The position numbers and the translations under genes are program-made. A DNA stretch of 64,000 bases. Source: Treponema sp. GTDB taxonomy: Bacteria; Spirochaetota; Spirochaetia; Treponematales; Breznakiellaceae. The notes below the pieces were generated by a model. It searched no databases. It was not told the DNA's origin and saw only the letters and a program-made list of their open reading frames with translations. The stretch spans positions 2,427 to 66,426 of the forward strand of contig JAISMC010000051.1 in NCBI GenBank assembly GCA_031276965.1, given 5' to 3'. Shown piece by piece: positions 27,107 to 36,672 of this stretch. Position 1 is the stretch's first letter. Each line of letters begins with the position of its first letter.

Positions 27107-28129
27107 ATGGCTGATTCAGTAGATCCCGGAGCGGTCCCGCAATTCACCCTGTCCTCAGGGAGCAAGATCCCCTGCATAGGCATGGGAACCTTCGGGTCGG
27201 ACAAGTACGCCCCCCCGGAGGTTTCCGCGGCGGTGGCCGGGGCGATCCGCTTTGGTTACCGGCTCTTTGACTGCGCTTCGGTCTACGGCAACGAAGATCT
27301 CATCGGCCAGGTCTTTGAGGAGGCTTTTAAGGCGGGAACGGTAAAGCGGGAAGAGCTTTTCATCAATTCCAAAGTATGGAACGACATGCATGGCCGGGGG
27401 GATGTGCTCCTCTCCCTGGCGCAGACCCTCAAGGATCTCAGGCTGGATTATGTGGACGCCTACTTTGTCCACTGGCCCTTTCCCAACTACCACGCCCCGG
27501 GCTGCGATGGGGAAACCCGTAATCCCGGTTCAGTCCCCTTCTCGCCGGACGCCTTTATGACGGTCTGGACTCAGATGGAGAGGATCTGCGATATGGGGCT
27601 GGCAAAACATTTGGGCATGTCCAACATGACCATCCCCAAACTTGAGGCGGTGCTGCCCCGGTGCAGGATTAAGCCTGCCCTGATTGAGATGGAGCAGCAT
27701 CCCTGTTTCCAGCAGCAGGAACTTTTTGATTACTGTGTCAAAGCGGGGATTACCGTGATCGGCTACAGCCCCATTGGTTCCCCCAACCGGCCCGGCCGGG
27801 ACAAATCTCCCGGCGACTATGCCGATACCGAGGAGCCGGAGATTGCCGCCATAGCCGAAGCCCACGGGATACATCCCGCCCTGGTCTGTCTTAAATGGGC
27901 GGTTCAGCGGGGCAGTATCCCCATTCCTTTCTCGGTACATGAAAAAAATTATCAGAGTAATCTCCGTTCCGTACTTTCGGATCCTCTGACGGAGGCGGAG
28001 ATGGCGGCGGTGAAAAAGGCGGAGCGGAACTGCCGGCTGGTTAAGGGACAGGTCTTTCTCTGGCCCGGCGCTAAGGGCTGGGAGGATCTTTGGGATATGG
28101 ACGGAAAGATCACCCCGGGGCCCCGGTAA
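27107..28129 (+). CDS. aldo/keto reductase
   Basis: AKR patterns GMGTFG, LDYVDAYFVHWP and IGYSPIGS. Confidence 0.85.
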   Translation: MADSVDPGAVPQFTLSSGSKIPCIGMGTFGSDKYAPPEVSAAVAGAIRFGYRLFDCASVYGNEDLIGQVFEEAFKAGTVKREELFINSKVWNDMHGRGDVLLSLAQTLKDLRLDYVDAYFVHWPFPNYHAPGCDGETRNPGSVPFSPDAFMTVWTQMERICDMGLAKHLGMSNMTIPKLEAVLPRCRIKPALIEMEQHPCFQQQELFDYCVKAGITVIGYSPIGSPNRPGRDKSPGDYADTEEPEIAAIAEAHGIHPALVCLKWAVQRGSIPIPFSVHEKNYQSNLRSVLSDPLTEAEMAAVKKAERNCRLVKGQVFLWPGAKGWEDLWDMDGKITPGPR

Positions 28130-28141
28130 GGTACGGCGTAT

Positions 28142-29050
28142 TTGCGGATCAATCTTCTTGCGGCGGTCTCGATGTTTGTCTTTGGCCTGTTGGTTTCCTG
28201 TACTGGCCGGGAAACTCCGCCGGCAGGACCTGTTGCGGTGGTGAGTATCCTTCCCCAGCGCTGGTTTGTTGAACGTATCGCCGCCGGCCGGTTTCCGGTT
28301 ACGGTCCTGGCTGGTCCGGGGCAGAATCCCCACAATTATGAACCTAGTCCCAGGCAAATGACGGATCTTACCGGGGCCGCTTTCTGGCTGCTCTCGGGAA
28401 CGGAATTTGAGATTAGCCTTAAACCTAAGATAGCGGCCCTCTTTCCCGGTCTTTTGATTATCGACGGTACCGAAGGGGTGCGGTTCAGAACCTTGGAGGA
28501 TCATGAGGATGAAGATGAGACCCGCGCCGGCAACGGGCACATTGACCGCCATACCTGGCTCGGTTCAGGTCCCGCCAAGATTATGGCGGTCCATATTCTG
28601 AATGTGTTGATTGACATTGATCCCTCCGGGGCGGCCCTGTACCGGACAAACTATGATGCATTGCTGAGGGACATTGACGGCGAATACAATACCCTGCGGA
28701 CGGAGCTTGCCCCCCTGCGGGGAAGGACGGTTTTGGTGTATCATCCCAGTTTTGGTTATTTTTTGGACGAGTTCGGTTTGATCCAGAAGGCGGTGGAGAC
28801 CGGCGGTAAGGAGCCTGCTCCCCGGATGTTGAGAAAACTGATGGAAGAGGCCCGGCAGGAAAGGGCGGCGGCGATCTTTGTCCAGGCCCAGTTTCCCCTG
28901 CAAATTGCCCAAATTCTGGCTGCCGCCCTGAACATGGAAACGGTTCCCCTGGACCCCCTGTCGCCGGACTGGCTTGCCAATATCCGCGTCATGGGGGAAA
29001 CCCTGGCGAAATCCCTCTCCTCCGGCGGCGGCCCGGCGGCGGTGCGGTAA
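28142..29050 (+). CDS. metal ABC transporter substrate-binding lipoprotein (ZnuA/TroA family)
   Basis: Lipobox LLVSC, an acidic/His loop HEDEDETRAGNGHIDRH and the cluster-9 SBP pattern. The start codon is TTG. Confidence 0.8.
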   Translation: MRINLLAAVSMFVFGLLVSCTGRETPPAGPVAVVSILPQRWFVERIAAGRFPVTVLAGPGQNPHNYEPSPRQMTDLTGAAFWLLSGTEFEISLKPKIAALFPGLLIIDGTEGVRFRTLEDHEDEDETRAGNGHIDRHTWLGSGPAKIMAVHILNVLIDIDPSGAALYRTNYDALLRDIDGEYNTLRTELAPLRGRTVLVYHPSFGYFLDEFGLIQKAVETGGKEPAPRMLRKLMEEARQERAAAIFVQAQFPLQIAQILAAALNMETVPLDPLSPDWLANIRVMGETLAKSLSSGGGPAAVR

Positions 29051-29871
29051 TGACCGGTTCTGTTCATCCCCGTCACCCGGTGGACCGGAAGATGGTACTC
29101 CGCTTTGACCGGGTGTCTTTTTCTTACGGACCGGTAAAGGTTCTGGAAGCCGCCAGCTTTCACATCCATCAAGGTGAATTTATCGCCCTGGTAGGGCCCA
29201 ACGGTTCCGGGAAGACCACGGTACTTAAACTGCTTCTGGGACTGGAACAGCCCGGAAGCGGAACCGTGGAACTCTTTGGAACCGCCCTCCGTACCGGTCC
29301 GGGGCAGGTTTTGGACCGGGTAGGCTACGTGCCCCAGCAGGTTCCGGTGGACAGGGCCTTTCCGATTACAGTACGGCAGGTAGTCAGAATGGGACGGCTC
29401 CGTCCCCTCTCCGGAGCCTGCGGCGCCGGAGACCGGGCCGCGGTACAGGAAGCCCTGGAACAGGCGGAAATTGAAGACCTGGCGGAAAGATCCTACACCG
29501 CCCTCTCCGGCGGACAGCGGCGGCGGGTCCTGGTGGCCCGGGCCCTGGCGGCAAGGCCGGAACTCCTGGTACTGGACGAACCCACCGCCAACATGGATGC
29601 CGAAAGCGAAAACCGGCTTTTCAAATCCCTGGGAAAACTCAAGGGGAAGACCACTGTCCTCATCGTTACCCACGATACGGGTTTTGTATCGGCTCTGACC
29701 GGCCGGGTTCTCTGCATGGGGAACTGGGAAGGACCCGGCCGTTTCGGTATTGTACAGCACCGTACCGAAACGGCGGAACCTTCAAGCCGTTCCCACAGCG
29801 GCGGTCCGGTTTCCCGGATAATCCACGGGGAGGACATTCCCGGGGACGACTGTTTTGAGGAGGAGTTATGA
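29050..29871 (+). CDS. metal ABC transporter ATP-binding protein (ZnuC/TroB-type)
   Basis: GPNGSGKTT and LSGGQRRRVLVARAL motifs. Confidence 0.85.
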   Translation: MTGSVHPRHPVDRKMVLRFDRVSFSYGPVKVLEAASFHIHQGEFIALVGPNGSGKTTVLKLLLGLEQPGSGTVELFGTALRTGPGQVLDRVGYVPQQVPVDRAFPITVRQVVRMGRLRPLSGACGAGDRAAVQEALEQAEIEDLAERSYTALSGGQRRRVLVARALAARPELLVLDEPTANMDAESENRLFKSLGKLKGKTTVLIVTHDTGFVSALTGRVLCMGNWEGPGRFGIVQHRTETAEPSSRSHSGGPVSRIIHGEDIPGDDCFEEEL

Positions 29872-30713
29872 CGGATTTTGCCGGCGCCCTTCTGGATCCA
29901 GGGTTTCCCTTCCTCAGAAACGCCCTTCTGGCGGGGCTTCTCTCCTCGGTGCTCTTTGGCTGCCTCGGCTCCATCGTAACGGTGCGCCGGATTGCAGGCC
30001 TTGCCGGGGCCGTGTCCCACGCGGTACTGGGGGGCATAGGCATGGCCCTCTACCTTTCGGCTTCAAACCTGGTTCCCGGTTTTCCTCCCATAGCGGGGGC
30101 CCTTATCTTTGCGGCGCTTTCGGCCCTTGTCATCGGCCTTGTGTCCCTTAGGGCGAAACAGCGGGAAGATACGGTAATTAACGCCATCTGGGCCATAGGC
30201 ATGAGCGTAGGGGTTCTTTTCATGGCGAAGACCGCGGGCTACACGGATCCGTCAAGCTATCTTTTCGGTAATATTCTGATCATCTCAAGCCGGGATCTGA
30301 TTCTCCTGGGGATTCTTGATGCGGCGGTGTTGCTGCTGACATGGCGTTTTTATCCCCAGCTTGAGGCCTCCGCCTTCGACGAGGAGTTTGCCCGGGTCCG
30401 GGGGGTTCCCGTGGATGTGTTGTTTCTGGTCCTCCTTACGGTAATCGCCCTGGCGGTTGTGCTGCTCCAGACATTTGTGGGGATCGTCATGGTCATCGCC
30501 ATGCTTACCCTGCCTGCGGGAACCGCGGGTTATTTCTCCCGGAGCCTTGCAGGTATGATGCTGGCGGGCTGTGTTTTTTCGGGACTCTTTTCCGCTGCGG
30601 GCCTCTTCCTGGGCTGGGTCCTGGATCTGCCTGTCGGAGCTGTGACGGTAATTGCTGCCGGGATCGTATTTCTTGCCGTTTCGGCCTTTACGGTTTTTTG
30701 GGGAAGAAAATAG
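29868..30713 (+). CDS. metal ABC transporter permease (ZnuB/TroC-type)
   Basis: 281-aa polytopic ABC-3 family pattern. The start overlaps the upstream stop. Confidence 0.85.
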   Translation: MTDFAGALLDPGFPFLRNALLAGLLSSVLFGCLGSIVTVRRIAGLAGAVSHAVLGGIGMALYLSASNLVPGFPPIAGALIFAALSALVIGLVSLRAKQREDTVINAIWAIGMSVGVLFMAKTAGYTDPSSYLFGNILIISSRDLILLGILDAAVLLLTWRFYPQLEASAFDEEFARVRGVPVDVLFLVLLTVIALAVVLLQTFVGIVMVIAMLTLPAGTAGYFSRSLAGMMLAGCVFSGLFSAAGLFLGWVLDLPVGAVTVIAAGIVFLAVSAFTVFWGRK

Positions 30714-30755
30714 GCGCGGGTTTTACAAATACTCCGCTAAATGGTATTAACAAAA

Positions 30756-30779
30756 AGGACTGTCCTCCCGGACAGTCCT
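30756..30779. terminator. bidirectional terminator between convergent permease and glnN genes
   Basis: AGGACTGTCC-tccc-GGACAGTCCT is a 10-bp perfect stem. It has an A run on the plus side and a T run on the minus-strand reading. Confidence 0.65.
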
Positions 30780-30804
30780 AATCACCTCTTTTTAGACCGA
30801 AAGC

Positions 30805-32949
30805 TTAAAGCTTGAACAGTAATTCCTCATACCCCGGATAGGGCCAGGCTTCCTTGGCGACCAGTCTCTCCAAGGCGTCTCCCCTGGTCCGGACATTATC
30901 CATGGCGGGCCGGACCTTCTCGAAGTAGGCTTTAGCCTGGGCAAAGGCGTCCCCGGTTCCCTGAGCTTCGGAAAGGGTGGTCTCCAGTTTTGCGGTTTCG
31001 TCGTAAAGTTCCGAGGCAAGCTCGGCGATGCGTTTGGCCCGCTTTTCCTGGGGAACGCTGACTGCGCCGATGGCGGCCAGGGAAGCCGCATCCCGGGCCA
31101 GATCCGCCGCGAAGCTGGTTGCCGCAGGAAAGATCGCCCGGCGGGCCATCTCGATGGTAACTCCCGCTTCAATGTTTATCTGCTTGGAATATTTTTCCAG
31201 GTAGATATGATAACGGCTCTCCAGTTCTTCTTTGGAAAGAACCTTGTGGGTTTCAAAAAGGGAGATGATTTCGCTGCGGGTGAGTACCGACAGGGCGTCC
31301 ACCGCATTCTTAACGTTGGGAAGTCCCCGGCGCTCGGCTTCCCGGACCCATTCATCGGAATAGTTGTTTCCGTTAAATACCACTTTCCGGTGCCTGCCGT
31401 AGGATTCCTTAATAATGGACTGGATAGCTTCGTTCTTGCTGGAAGCTTTTTCCAGCTTGTCCGCAAATTCGGAGAGCACCTGGGCTACCGCCACATTCAG
31501 GTAGGTATTGGGCGTGGCGATGGACTGGGAAGAGCCGACCATGCGGAATTCAAACTTGTTCCCCGTAAAGGCAAAGGGGCTGGTCCGGTTCCGGTCAGAG
31601 ACATCCTTGGGCAGAGCGGGAAGGCTGGTAACTCCAAGCTGAATTTTCTCTCCCGGCACGGATTTCCCGCCCGATTTGCCTTCGGCAATATTGTCGAGAA
31701 TCTCCGTTAAGGGACCGCCGAAGAAAACGGATACAATGGCCGGGGGAGCCTCGTTGGCCCCCAGCCGGTGATCGTTGGCGCTTGTCGCTACGGAAGAACG
31801 GATCAACAGGGCATAGCGATCCACCGCCTCCACCACTGCGGCGGCAAAGAGGAGAAACCGGGCGTTGGATTCGGGATTCTCGCCGGGATCGAAAAGATTG
31901 ATTCCATCGTCGGTTCCCATGGACCAGTTGTTGTGTTTTCCGTTGCCATTTACCCCTGCATAGGGCTTCTCGTGGAGCAGGCCCTCCATACCGTGGCGCC
32001 GGGCTACACTGCGGATGGTCTCCATTACCAGTTGATTGGCATCCACCGCGGCGGTGGCGTTGGCGTAGACCGGAGCAATTTCAAACTGATTAGGGGCCAC
32101 CTCGTTGTGCTGGGTCTTGGCGGGGATCCCCACCTTCCACAGTTCGTAGTTCAACTCCCGCATAAAGTCGGCAACCCGCTCCTTAATGGCGCCGAAGTAG
32201 TGATCCTCCATCTCCTGGCCCTTGGCGGGAAGAACACCGAACACGGTCCGGCCCGTAAGCATCAGATCCGGCCGCTGGTCGTAGAAACCCTTATCCACCA
32301 GGAAGTATTCCTGCTCGGGCCCCACCGTGGTAAAGACCCGTTTGGTGGTATTATTCCCCAGGGCCCGGAGTACCCGGACCGCCTGCTTAGAGAGGGCGTC
32401 GATGGATTTAAGCAGGGGCACCTTTTTGTCCAGGGCCTGACCGTAGTAGCTGATAAACGCCGTGGGAATGCAAAGAGTGGTTCCGGTCCGGTCCTGTTTA
32501 AGGAAGGCGGGACTGGTTACATCCCAGGCAGTATAACCCCGGGCTTCAAAGGTAGCCCGCAGCCCCCCGGAAGGAAAACTCGACGCATCGGGCTCGCCCT
32601 TGATCAGCTCTTTCCCGGAAAATTCCATTAATATCTTGCCTTCCCCGGTGGGGGCAATAAAGGAATCGTGCTTTTCCGCCGTCAGCCCCGTAAGCGGCTG
32701 AAAAAGGTGGGTATAGTGAGAGGCCCCCTTGGCAATGGCCCATTCCCGCATAGAAGCGGCCACCACCTCGGCAACTTCCAGGGTTAGTTCCTTTTCGCCG
32801 TTCTGAACCGCCAGAATTTCCTTGTAGATATTCTTGGGCAGCCTTTCCCGCATTACGGCATTGGAAAAACAATTAGAACCGTAGATTTCGGCCACGGGTG
32901 TTTTGGTAAAGTCCAGCCCGCCGCAATCGTCAGAACAACAATAACTCAT
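30805..32949 (-). CDS. glnN: glutamine synthetase type III
   Basis: About 714 aa, with length and sequence typical of GSIII. The start is set at the ATG at 32947-32949, preceded by GGAGGA. The track ORF extends to 33009. Confidence 0.9.
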   Translation of the reverse strand: MSYCCSDDCGGLDFTKTPVAEIYGSNCFSNAVMRERLPKNIYKEILAVQNGEKELTLEVAEVVAASMREWAIAKGASHYTHLFQPLTGLTAEKHDSFIAPTGEGKILMEFSGKELIKGEPDASSFPSGGLRATFEARGYTAWDVTSPAFLKQDRTGTTLCIPTAFISYYGQALDKKVPLLKSIDALSKQAVRVLRALGNNTTKRVFTTVGPEQEYFLVDKGFYDQRPDLMLTGRTVFGVLPAKGQEMEDHYFGAIKERVADFMRELNYELWKVGIPAKTQHNEVAPNQFEIAPVYANATAAVDANQLVMETIRSVARRHGMEGLLHEKPYAGVNGNGKHNNWSMGTDDGINLFDPGENPESNARFLLFAAAVVEAVDRYALLIRSSVATSANDHRLGANEAPPAIVSVFFGGPLTEILDNIAEGKSGGKSVPGEKIQLGVTSLPALPKDVSDRNRTSPFAFTGNKFEFRMVGSSQSIATPNTYLNVAVAQVLSEFADKLEKASSKNEAIQSIIKESYGRHRKVVFNGNNYSDEWVREAERRGLPNVKNAVDALSVLTRSEIISLFETHKVLSKEELESRYHIYLEKYSKQINIEAGVTIEMARRAIFPAATSFAADLARDAASLAAIGAVSVPQEKRAKRIAELASELYDETAKLETTLSEAQGTGDAFAQAKAYFEKVRPAMDNVRTRGDALERLVAKEAWPYPGYEELLFKL

Positions 32950-32988
32950 ACAATCCTCCGTATAATTAGAATGCTTCGCTATATATAT

Positions 32989-33004
32989 AGCATGGACTAT
33001 GCCA
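32989..33004 (-). promoter_or_regulatory. sigma-54 (-24/-12) promoter of glnN
   Basis: The minus strand reads TGGCATAGTCCATGCT. The GG and GC dinucleotides have exact consensus spacing (TGGCAC-N5-TTGCW). It lies about 40 nt upstream of the start codon. Confidence 0.7.
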
Positions 33005-33129
33005 AGCAAAACCTTTTACGGAAGAATTTATACGACTGCTAAATCTATGTATTATAAGGAATTAACGTTTGGTATTTTGCCCCAAGGCGGCGAAAAGACT
33101 GAACCCCTCCCTCCCTTCCCTAAAGATAG

Positions 33130-33150
33130 ACAAAAATGTAGGATTCTATT
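33130..33150. promoter_or_regulatory. 21-nt conserved box (candidate enhancer/UAS), glnN copy
   Basis: ACAAAAATGTAGGATTCTATT matches the reverse complement of 38397-38417 at 20/21 positions. A related TGTAGGAAAT lies at 33166-33175. Confidence 0.5.
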
Positions 33151-33186
33151 CCTTTACTACGGGAATGTAGGAAATACGGAAGGGCG

Positions 33187-33408
33187 CTATTTCCCCGGTT
33201 TGGACCCTATGAGGGTAAAGGACAGGCCGCACTGATACCGTTCCCCGCTTTCAGGGTTGACGGCCTTCTCGGAGGCATAGTAACCGACCGAGCCGGTGGA
33301 AAAATCCTTCGCCTGGGCATAAACGGTATTCCAGACTTTGCCGCTGCTGTCTTTGATGACAATTTCAAGAAATTTCGGGGCCTGAGGGTCCCGTTTTGCA
33401 GGTTCCAT
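33187..33408 (-). CDS. hypothetical small protein (73 aa)
   Basis: ORF preceded by AAGGAG at proper spacing. No recognised motif. Confidence 0.55.
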   Translation of the reverse strand: MEPAKRDPQAPKFLEIVIKDSSGKVWNTVYAQAKDFSTGSVGYYASEKAVNPESGERYQCGLSFTLIGSKPGK

Positions 33409-33433
33409 TAGAGAAACTCCTTATCCGCAGCCG

Positions 33434-33458
33434 GTTCCAAAATTCGACATTTTGGAAC
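33434..33458. repeat. palindromic box family 2, copy R4
   Basis: GTTCCAAAAT-tcgac-ATTTTGGAAC is a perfect 10-bp inverted repeat. Confidence 0.5.
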
Positions 33459-33632
33459 TGCCTCGTATTATTGGGAGTAATCTTACCATAAAAAGTGGCA
33501 AAGGACCAGACAATCGTGTCCCAGCTTGTCCCGGCGTCCGTATTTAGAACATTTTCGTTTTTTTATGGAAGATTTTCCCAAAATCAGGAACTTTGAAAAG
33601 GTCCCGGTATTTCAAAAATTTCTTGAAAAAAC

Positions 33633-33689
33633 TTGATATTTTTCTCCGGAGACAGTATATTATAGTTGAACAGATAATCAATTGTTCAA
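33633..33689 (+). promoter_or_regulatory. sigma-70-type promoter plus ArsR/SmtB-type palindromic operator
   Basis: TTGATA-17 nt-TATATT (33633-33661) is followed by TTGAACA-N10-TGTTCAA (33666-33689). The TGAACA/TGTTCA half-sites resemble known SmtB/CzrA/CadC operators. Confidence 0.55.
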
Positions 33690-33708
33690 TCATTTTTCGG
33701 AGGATGTT

Positions 33709-34074
33709 ATGGGCGAATATACGCCGGATTTTGATCGCTGTGACTGCAGTACTATCCACGAAGAGGTAGTGGCGGAGGTACGAAAACAGATGCCCGATGA
33801 AGAACAGCTAATGGTGCTGGCGGACCTCTTCAAGATGTTCGGAGATTCTACCCGGGTCAAGATTCTCTCCGCCCTGCTGAATTCGGAAATGTGCGTCTGT
33901 GATATTGCGGTCCTCCTGGGGATGACAAAGTCCGCTATCTCTCACCAGCTCCGGGCCCTGCGGCAGACCAAACTGGTCAAGTACCGGCGGGATGGGAAAG
34001 TGGTCTACTACTCTCTGGACGACGAACACGTTAGAACTATTTTTGCTCAGGGGCTTCTCCATGTCAGTGAATAG
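33709..34074 (+). CDS. ArsR/SmtB-family metalloregulator
   Basis: Motifs EMCVCDIAVLLGMTKSAISHQLRALR. The start is set at ATG 33709 after GGAGGA, because the track start would overlap the operator. Confidence 0.85.
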   Translation: MGEYTPDFDRCDCSTIHEEVVAEVRKQMPDEEQLMVLADLFKMFGDSTRVKILSALLNSEMCVCDIAVLLGMTKSAISHQLRALRQTKLVKYRRDGKVVYYSLDDEHVRTIFAQGLLHVSE

Positions 34075-36256
34075 AAACAGACTGGGCCGACAGATTATGT
34101 ACCTTTCCGGCCCCTGCTGCCCGGCATGTGCGGGAAAAATTGAAGAACAGGTACGGCTTATTGACGGGGTTACCGCGGCAATCTTCGACTTTGTATCCCG
34201 GAAGATAACCATTGAGGTTGCGGATAAGACCTCAATGTCCGGGGTTACCAAAGAGGTGTCCCGGATTATACGGGATATTGAACCGGGGGCCAGGGTCTCT
34301 TCCGGGGAAAAGGAAGCAAAGGCTCCTCTACGGATCCCCCTTCGCCGGGGATTACAGGGACTGGGGATGGCTCTCTTCATCTTCGGCATGGCGGCTCATG
34401 CCGGCGGAGCGTCCTGGTTCACCTATCCCCTGTCTTTTGGGATCTTCCTTGCCGCCTATCTTCTGACGGGCTGGGATGTACTTTTCTCCGCGGTAAAGAA
34501 TTTAGGCCGGGGCCGGATCTTTGATGAAAATTCCCTGATGAGCGCCGCCACCATCGGCGCTTTTGCCATCGGCCAATATCCCGAAGGGGCGGCGGTGATG
34601 CTCTTTTACCAGGCCGGAGAATTCTTCCAGGATCTGGCGGTCCGCCGTTCCCGCTCCTCCATATCCGCCCTTATGGACATACGGCCGGATTTTGCGAATC
34701 TAAAAACTGCCGGGGGCCTGCGGCGGGTTAACCCCGAAGAGGTAAAGCCGGGGGACCGCATCGTGGTTAAGCCAGGAGAGAAGGTTCCCCTGGACGGCAT
34801 TGTGGTTGAGGGGAGTTCCGCCCTGGATACTTCGGCCCTTACCGGGGAAGCCCTGCCCCGGGATGCGGCGCCGGGGGACGAGATCCTCTCGGGGTCGATA
34901 AATAAAAGCGGCCTTTTGACGATAGAGGTAAGCAGAGGATTTGGGGAATCTACGGTATCGAAAATTCTGGAACTGGTAGAAAATGCGGGAAGCAGAAAGT
35001 CCCCGATAGAAAATTTTATCACCCGTTTTGCCCGGTACTACACCCCCCTGGTGGTGTTCTCCGCCCTGGCCCTGGCGGTTATTCCGCCCCTCTTTGTGCC
35101 CGGCGCTTCCTGGGCCCAGTGGATTAACCGGGGTCTGGTCTTCCTGGTAGTATCCTGTCCCTGCGCCCTGGTAATCTCCATCCCCTTGAGTTTCTTCGGC
35201 GGTATCGGGGCGGCTTCAAAGCGGGGTATCCTGGTAAAGGGAAGCAACTACCTTGAGGCCCTGACCAGGGTGGAGACCGTGGTTTTTGACAAAACCGGTA
35301 CTCTGACCAGGGGAATCTTCAGGGTTTCCCGGATTCTTCCCGGTCCCGCATGGGCGGCGGCCCTTCCCGCAGGAACCCGGCCCGAAGATGAGCTTCTCCG
35401 CATGGCGGCCCGGGCGGAACGCCACTCCAATCATCCTATTGCGCTTTCCATACAGGAAGCATGGTCCTCGCTGAAGGCAGCGGGGACGGCGCCGGAAGCC
35501 TCCGCCGAAGAGATCGCCGGAGGAGAGGAAATAGCCGGCGAAGGCATCCGGGTCCATATCGGCGGAAGGATGGTACTGGCGGGCAGCGCCAAGTTCCTCG
35601 CCCGGGAAGGTATCGGCTTTGAAGAACCTGATTTGCCGGGTACGGCGGTACACCTGGCGGTGGAAGGGGCCTACGCCGGTTCCCTGATCATTACCGACGA
35701 ACTAAAGCAGGACAGCGCCGCCGCGGTGGAAGAACTGCGGGAACTGGGGATACAGGACATCTCCATCCTCACCGGGGACAGCCGCCTGACGGGAAACGCC
35801 ATAGGGCGGGAGCTTGGAGTTGACCGGGTCTATGCGGAACTGCTTCCCCAGGAAAAGGTCGCCGTCCTTGAGAAGCTGGAACAGGAAAAGAGCGCCGGGG
35901 GAAAACTGGTCTTTGTAGGGGACGGTATCAACGATGCCCCGGTACTTGCCCGCAGCGATGTGGGAATCGCCATGGGCGGCCTTGGCTCCGACGCGGCCAT
36001 TGAGGCTGCCGACGTGGTACTTATGACCGATGAACCTTCAAAGGTAGCGGAGGCCGTCAGAATAGCCCGGCGGACGCAAATCATCGTCTGGCAGAATATC
36101 ATTTTTGCCCTGGGGGTCAAGGCGGCCATCCTGGTTCTGGGGGTTTTGGGAATCGCCACCATGTGGGCTGCGGTATTCGGTGACGTGGGAGTTACCCTTA
36201 TCGCCGTACTTAACGCAATGCGCAGCCTTTGGTCTTCGGGAACCAGGGCTGCATAA
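34061..36256 (+). CDS. heavy-metal (Cd/Zn/Co-type) translocating P1B-type ATPase
   Basis: N-terminal metal-binding CCPAC, TM CPC motif (VSCPCALV), DKTGTLT and GDGINDAP. ATG 34061 overlaps the arsR-family stop. Confidence 0.9.
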   Translation: MSVNRNRLGRQIMYLSGPCCPACAGKIEEQVRLIDGVTAAIFDFVSRKITIEVADKTSMSGVTKEVSRIIRDIEPGARVSSGEKEAKAPLRIPLRRGLQGLGMALFIFGMAAHAGGASWFTYPLSFGIFLAAYLLTGWDVLFSAVKNLGRGRIFDENSLMSAATIGAFAIGQYPEGAAVMLFYQAGEFFQDLAVRRSRSSISALMDIRPDFANLKTAGGLRRVNPEEVKPGDRIVVKPGEKVPLDGIVVEGSSALDTSALTGEALPRDAAPGDEILSGSINKSGLLTIEVSRGFGESTVSKILELVENAGSRKSPIENFITRFARYYTPLVVFSALALAVIPPLFVPGASWAQWINRGLVFLVVSCPCALVISIPLSFFGGIGAASKRGILVKGSNYLEALTRVETVVFDKTGTLTRGIFRVSRILPGPAWAAALPAGTRPEDELLRMAARAERHSNHPIALSIQEAWSSLKAAGTAPEASAEEIAGGEEIAGEGIRVHIGGRMVLAGSAKFLAREGIGFEEPDLPGTAVHLAVEGAYAGSLIITDELKQDSAAAVEELRELGIQDISILTGDSRLTGNAIGRELGVDRVYAELLPQEKVAVLEKLEQEKSAGGKLVFVGDGINDAPVLARSDVGIAMGGLGSDAAIEAADVVLMTDEPSKVAEAVRIARRTQIIVWQNIIFALGVKAAILVLGVLGIATMWAAVFGDVGVTLIAVLNAMRSLWSSGTRAA

Positions 36257-36260
36257 ACAA

Positions 36261-36295
36261 CGGGGAGGCAGAACCCACAGGTCCCGCCTCCCCGG
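36261..36295. terminator. bidirectional hairpin between convergent ATPase and glnB genes
   Basis: CGGGGAGGC-N17-GCCTCCCCG is a 9-bp GC-rich stem. Confidence 0.5.
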
Positions 36296-36312
36296 GAGAA
36301 CATGCCTTCGGA

Positions 36313-36657
36313 TTACCCTATGGCAGTAGAGCCGGTCTCGCCGGTTCTAATCCGGATAGTTTCCTCGATGGGAAGTACAAAGATCTTCCCATCGCCGATC
36401 TCGCCGCTCCGGGCTCCCCGGATAATGGCGTCAATAGTGGGCTTTACAAAGTTGTCGTTTACCGCAATCTCGACACGCACCTTTTTGAGGAGGTTGACCT
36501 CAATTTCAACGCCCCGGTACTGTTCGGTATAGCCCTTCTGCTGACCGCAGCCCATGGCGTTGGTTACCGACATCTTGTAAACCTCGGCCTTGTACAATTC
36601 CTGCTTCACCTCATTAAGGGCATGCGGCTGTATATAAGCGATTATCAATTTCATCAT
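36313..36657 (-). CDS. glnB: nitrogen regulatory protein P-II
   Basis: About 112 aa with T-loop [12 protein letters not shown] and C-terminal TGETG. It lies immediately downstream of amtB. Confidence 0.9.
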   Translation of the reverse strand: MMKLIIAYIQPHALNEVKQELYKAEVYKMSVTNAMGCGQQKGYTEQYRGVEIEVNLLKKVRVEIAVNDNFVKPTIDAIIRGARSGEIGDGKIFVLPIEETIRIRTGETGSTAIG

Positions 36658-36672
36658 AACACTCCTTTGGCC

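Noticed and set aside
27530-29760. 340-aa and 334-aa minus-strand ORFs opposite the AKR and Znu/Tro genes
   Set aside because: They are shadow ORFs with low-complexity R/P/G-rich products, and the plus-strand genes carry diagnostic motifs.
33544-33759. 71-aa minus-strand ORF in the arsR promoter region
   Set aside because: It overlaps the promoter/operator and the start of the ArsR-family gene, lies in an AT-rich regulatory region, and has no RBS.
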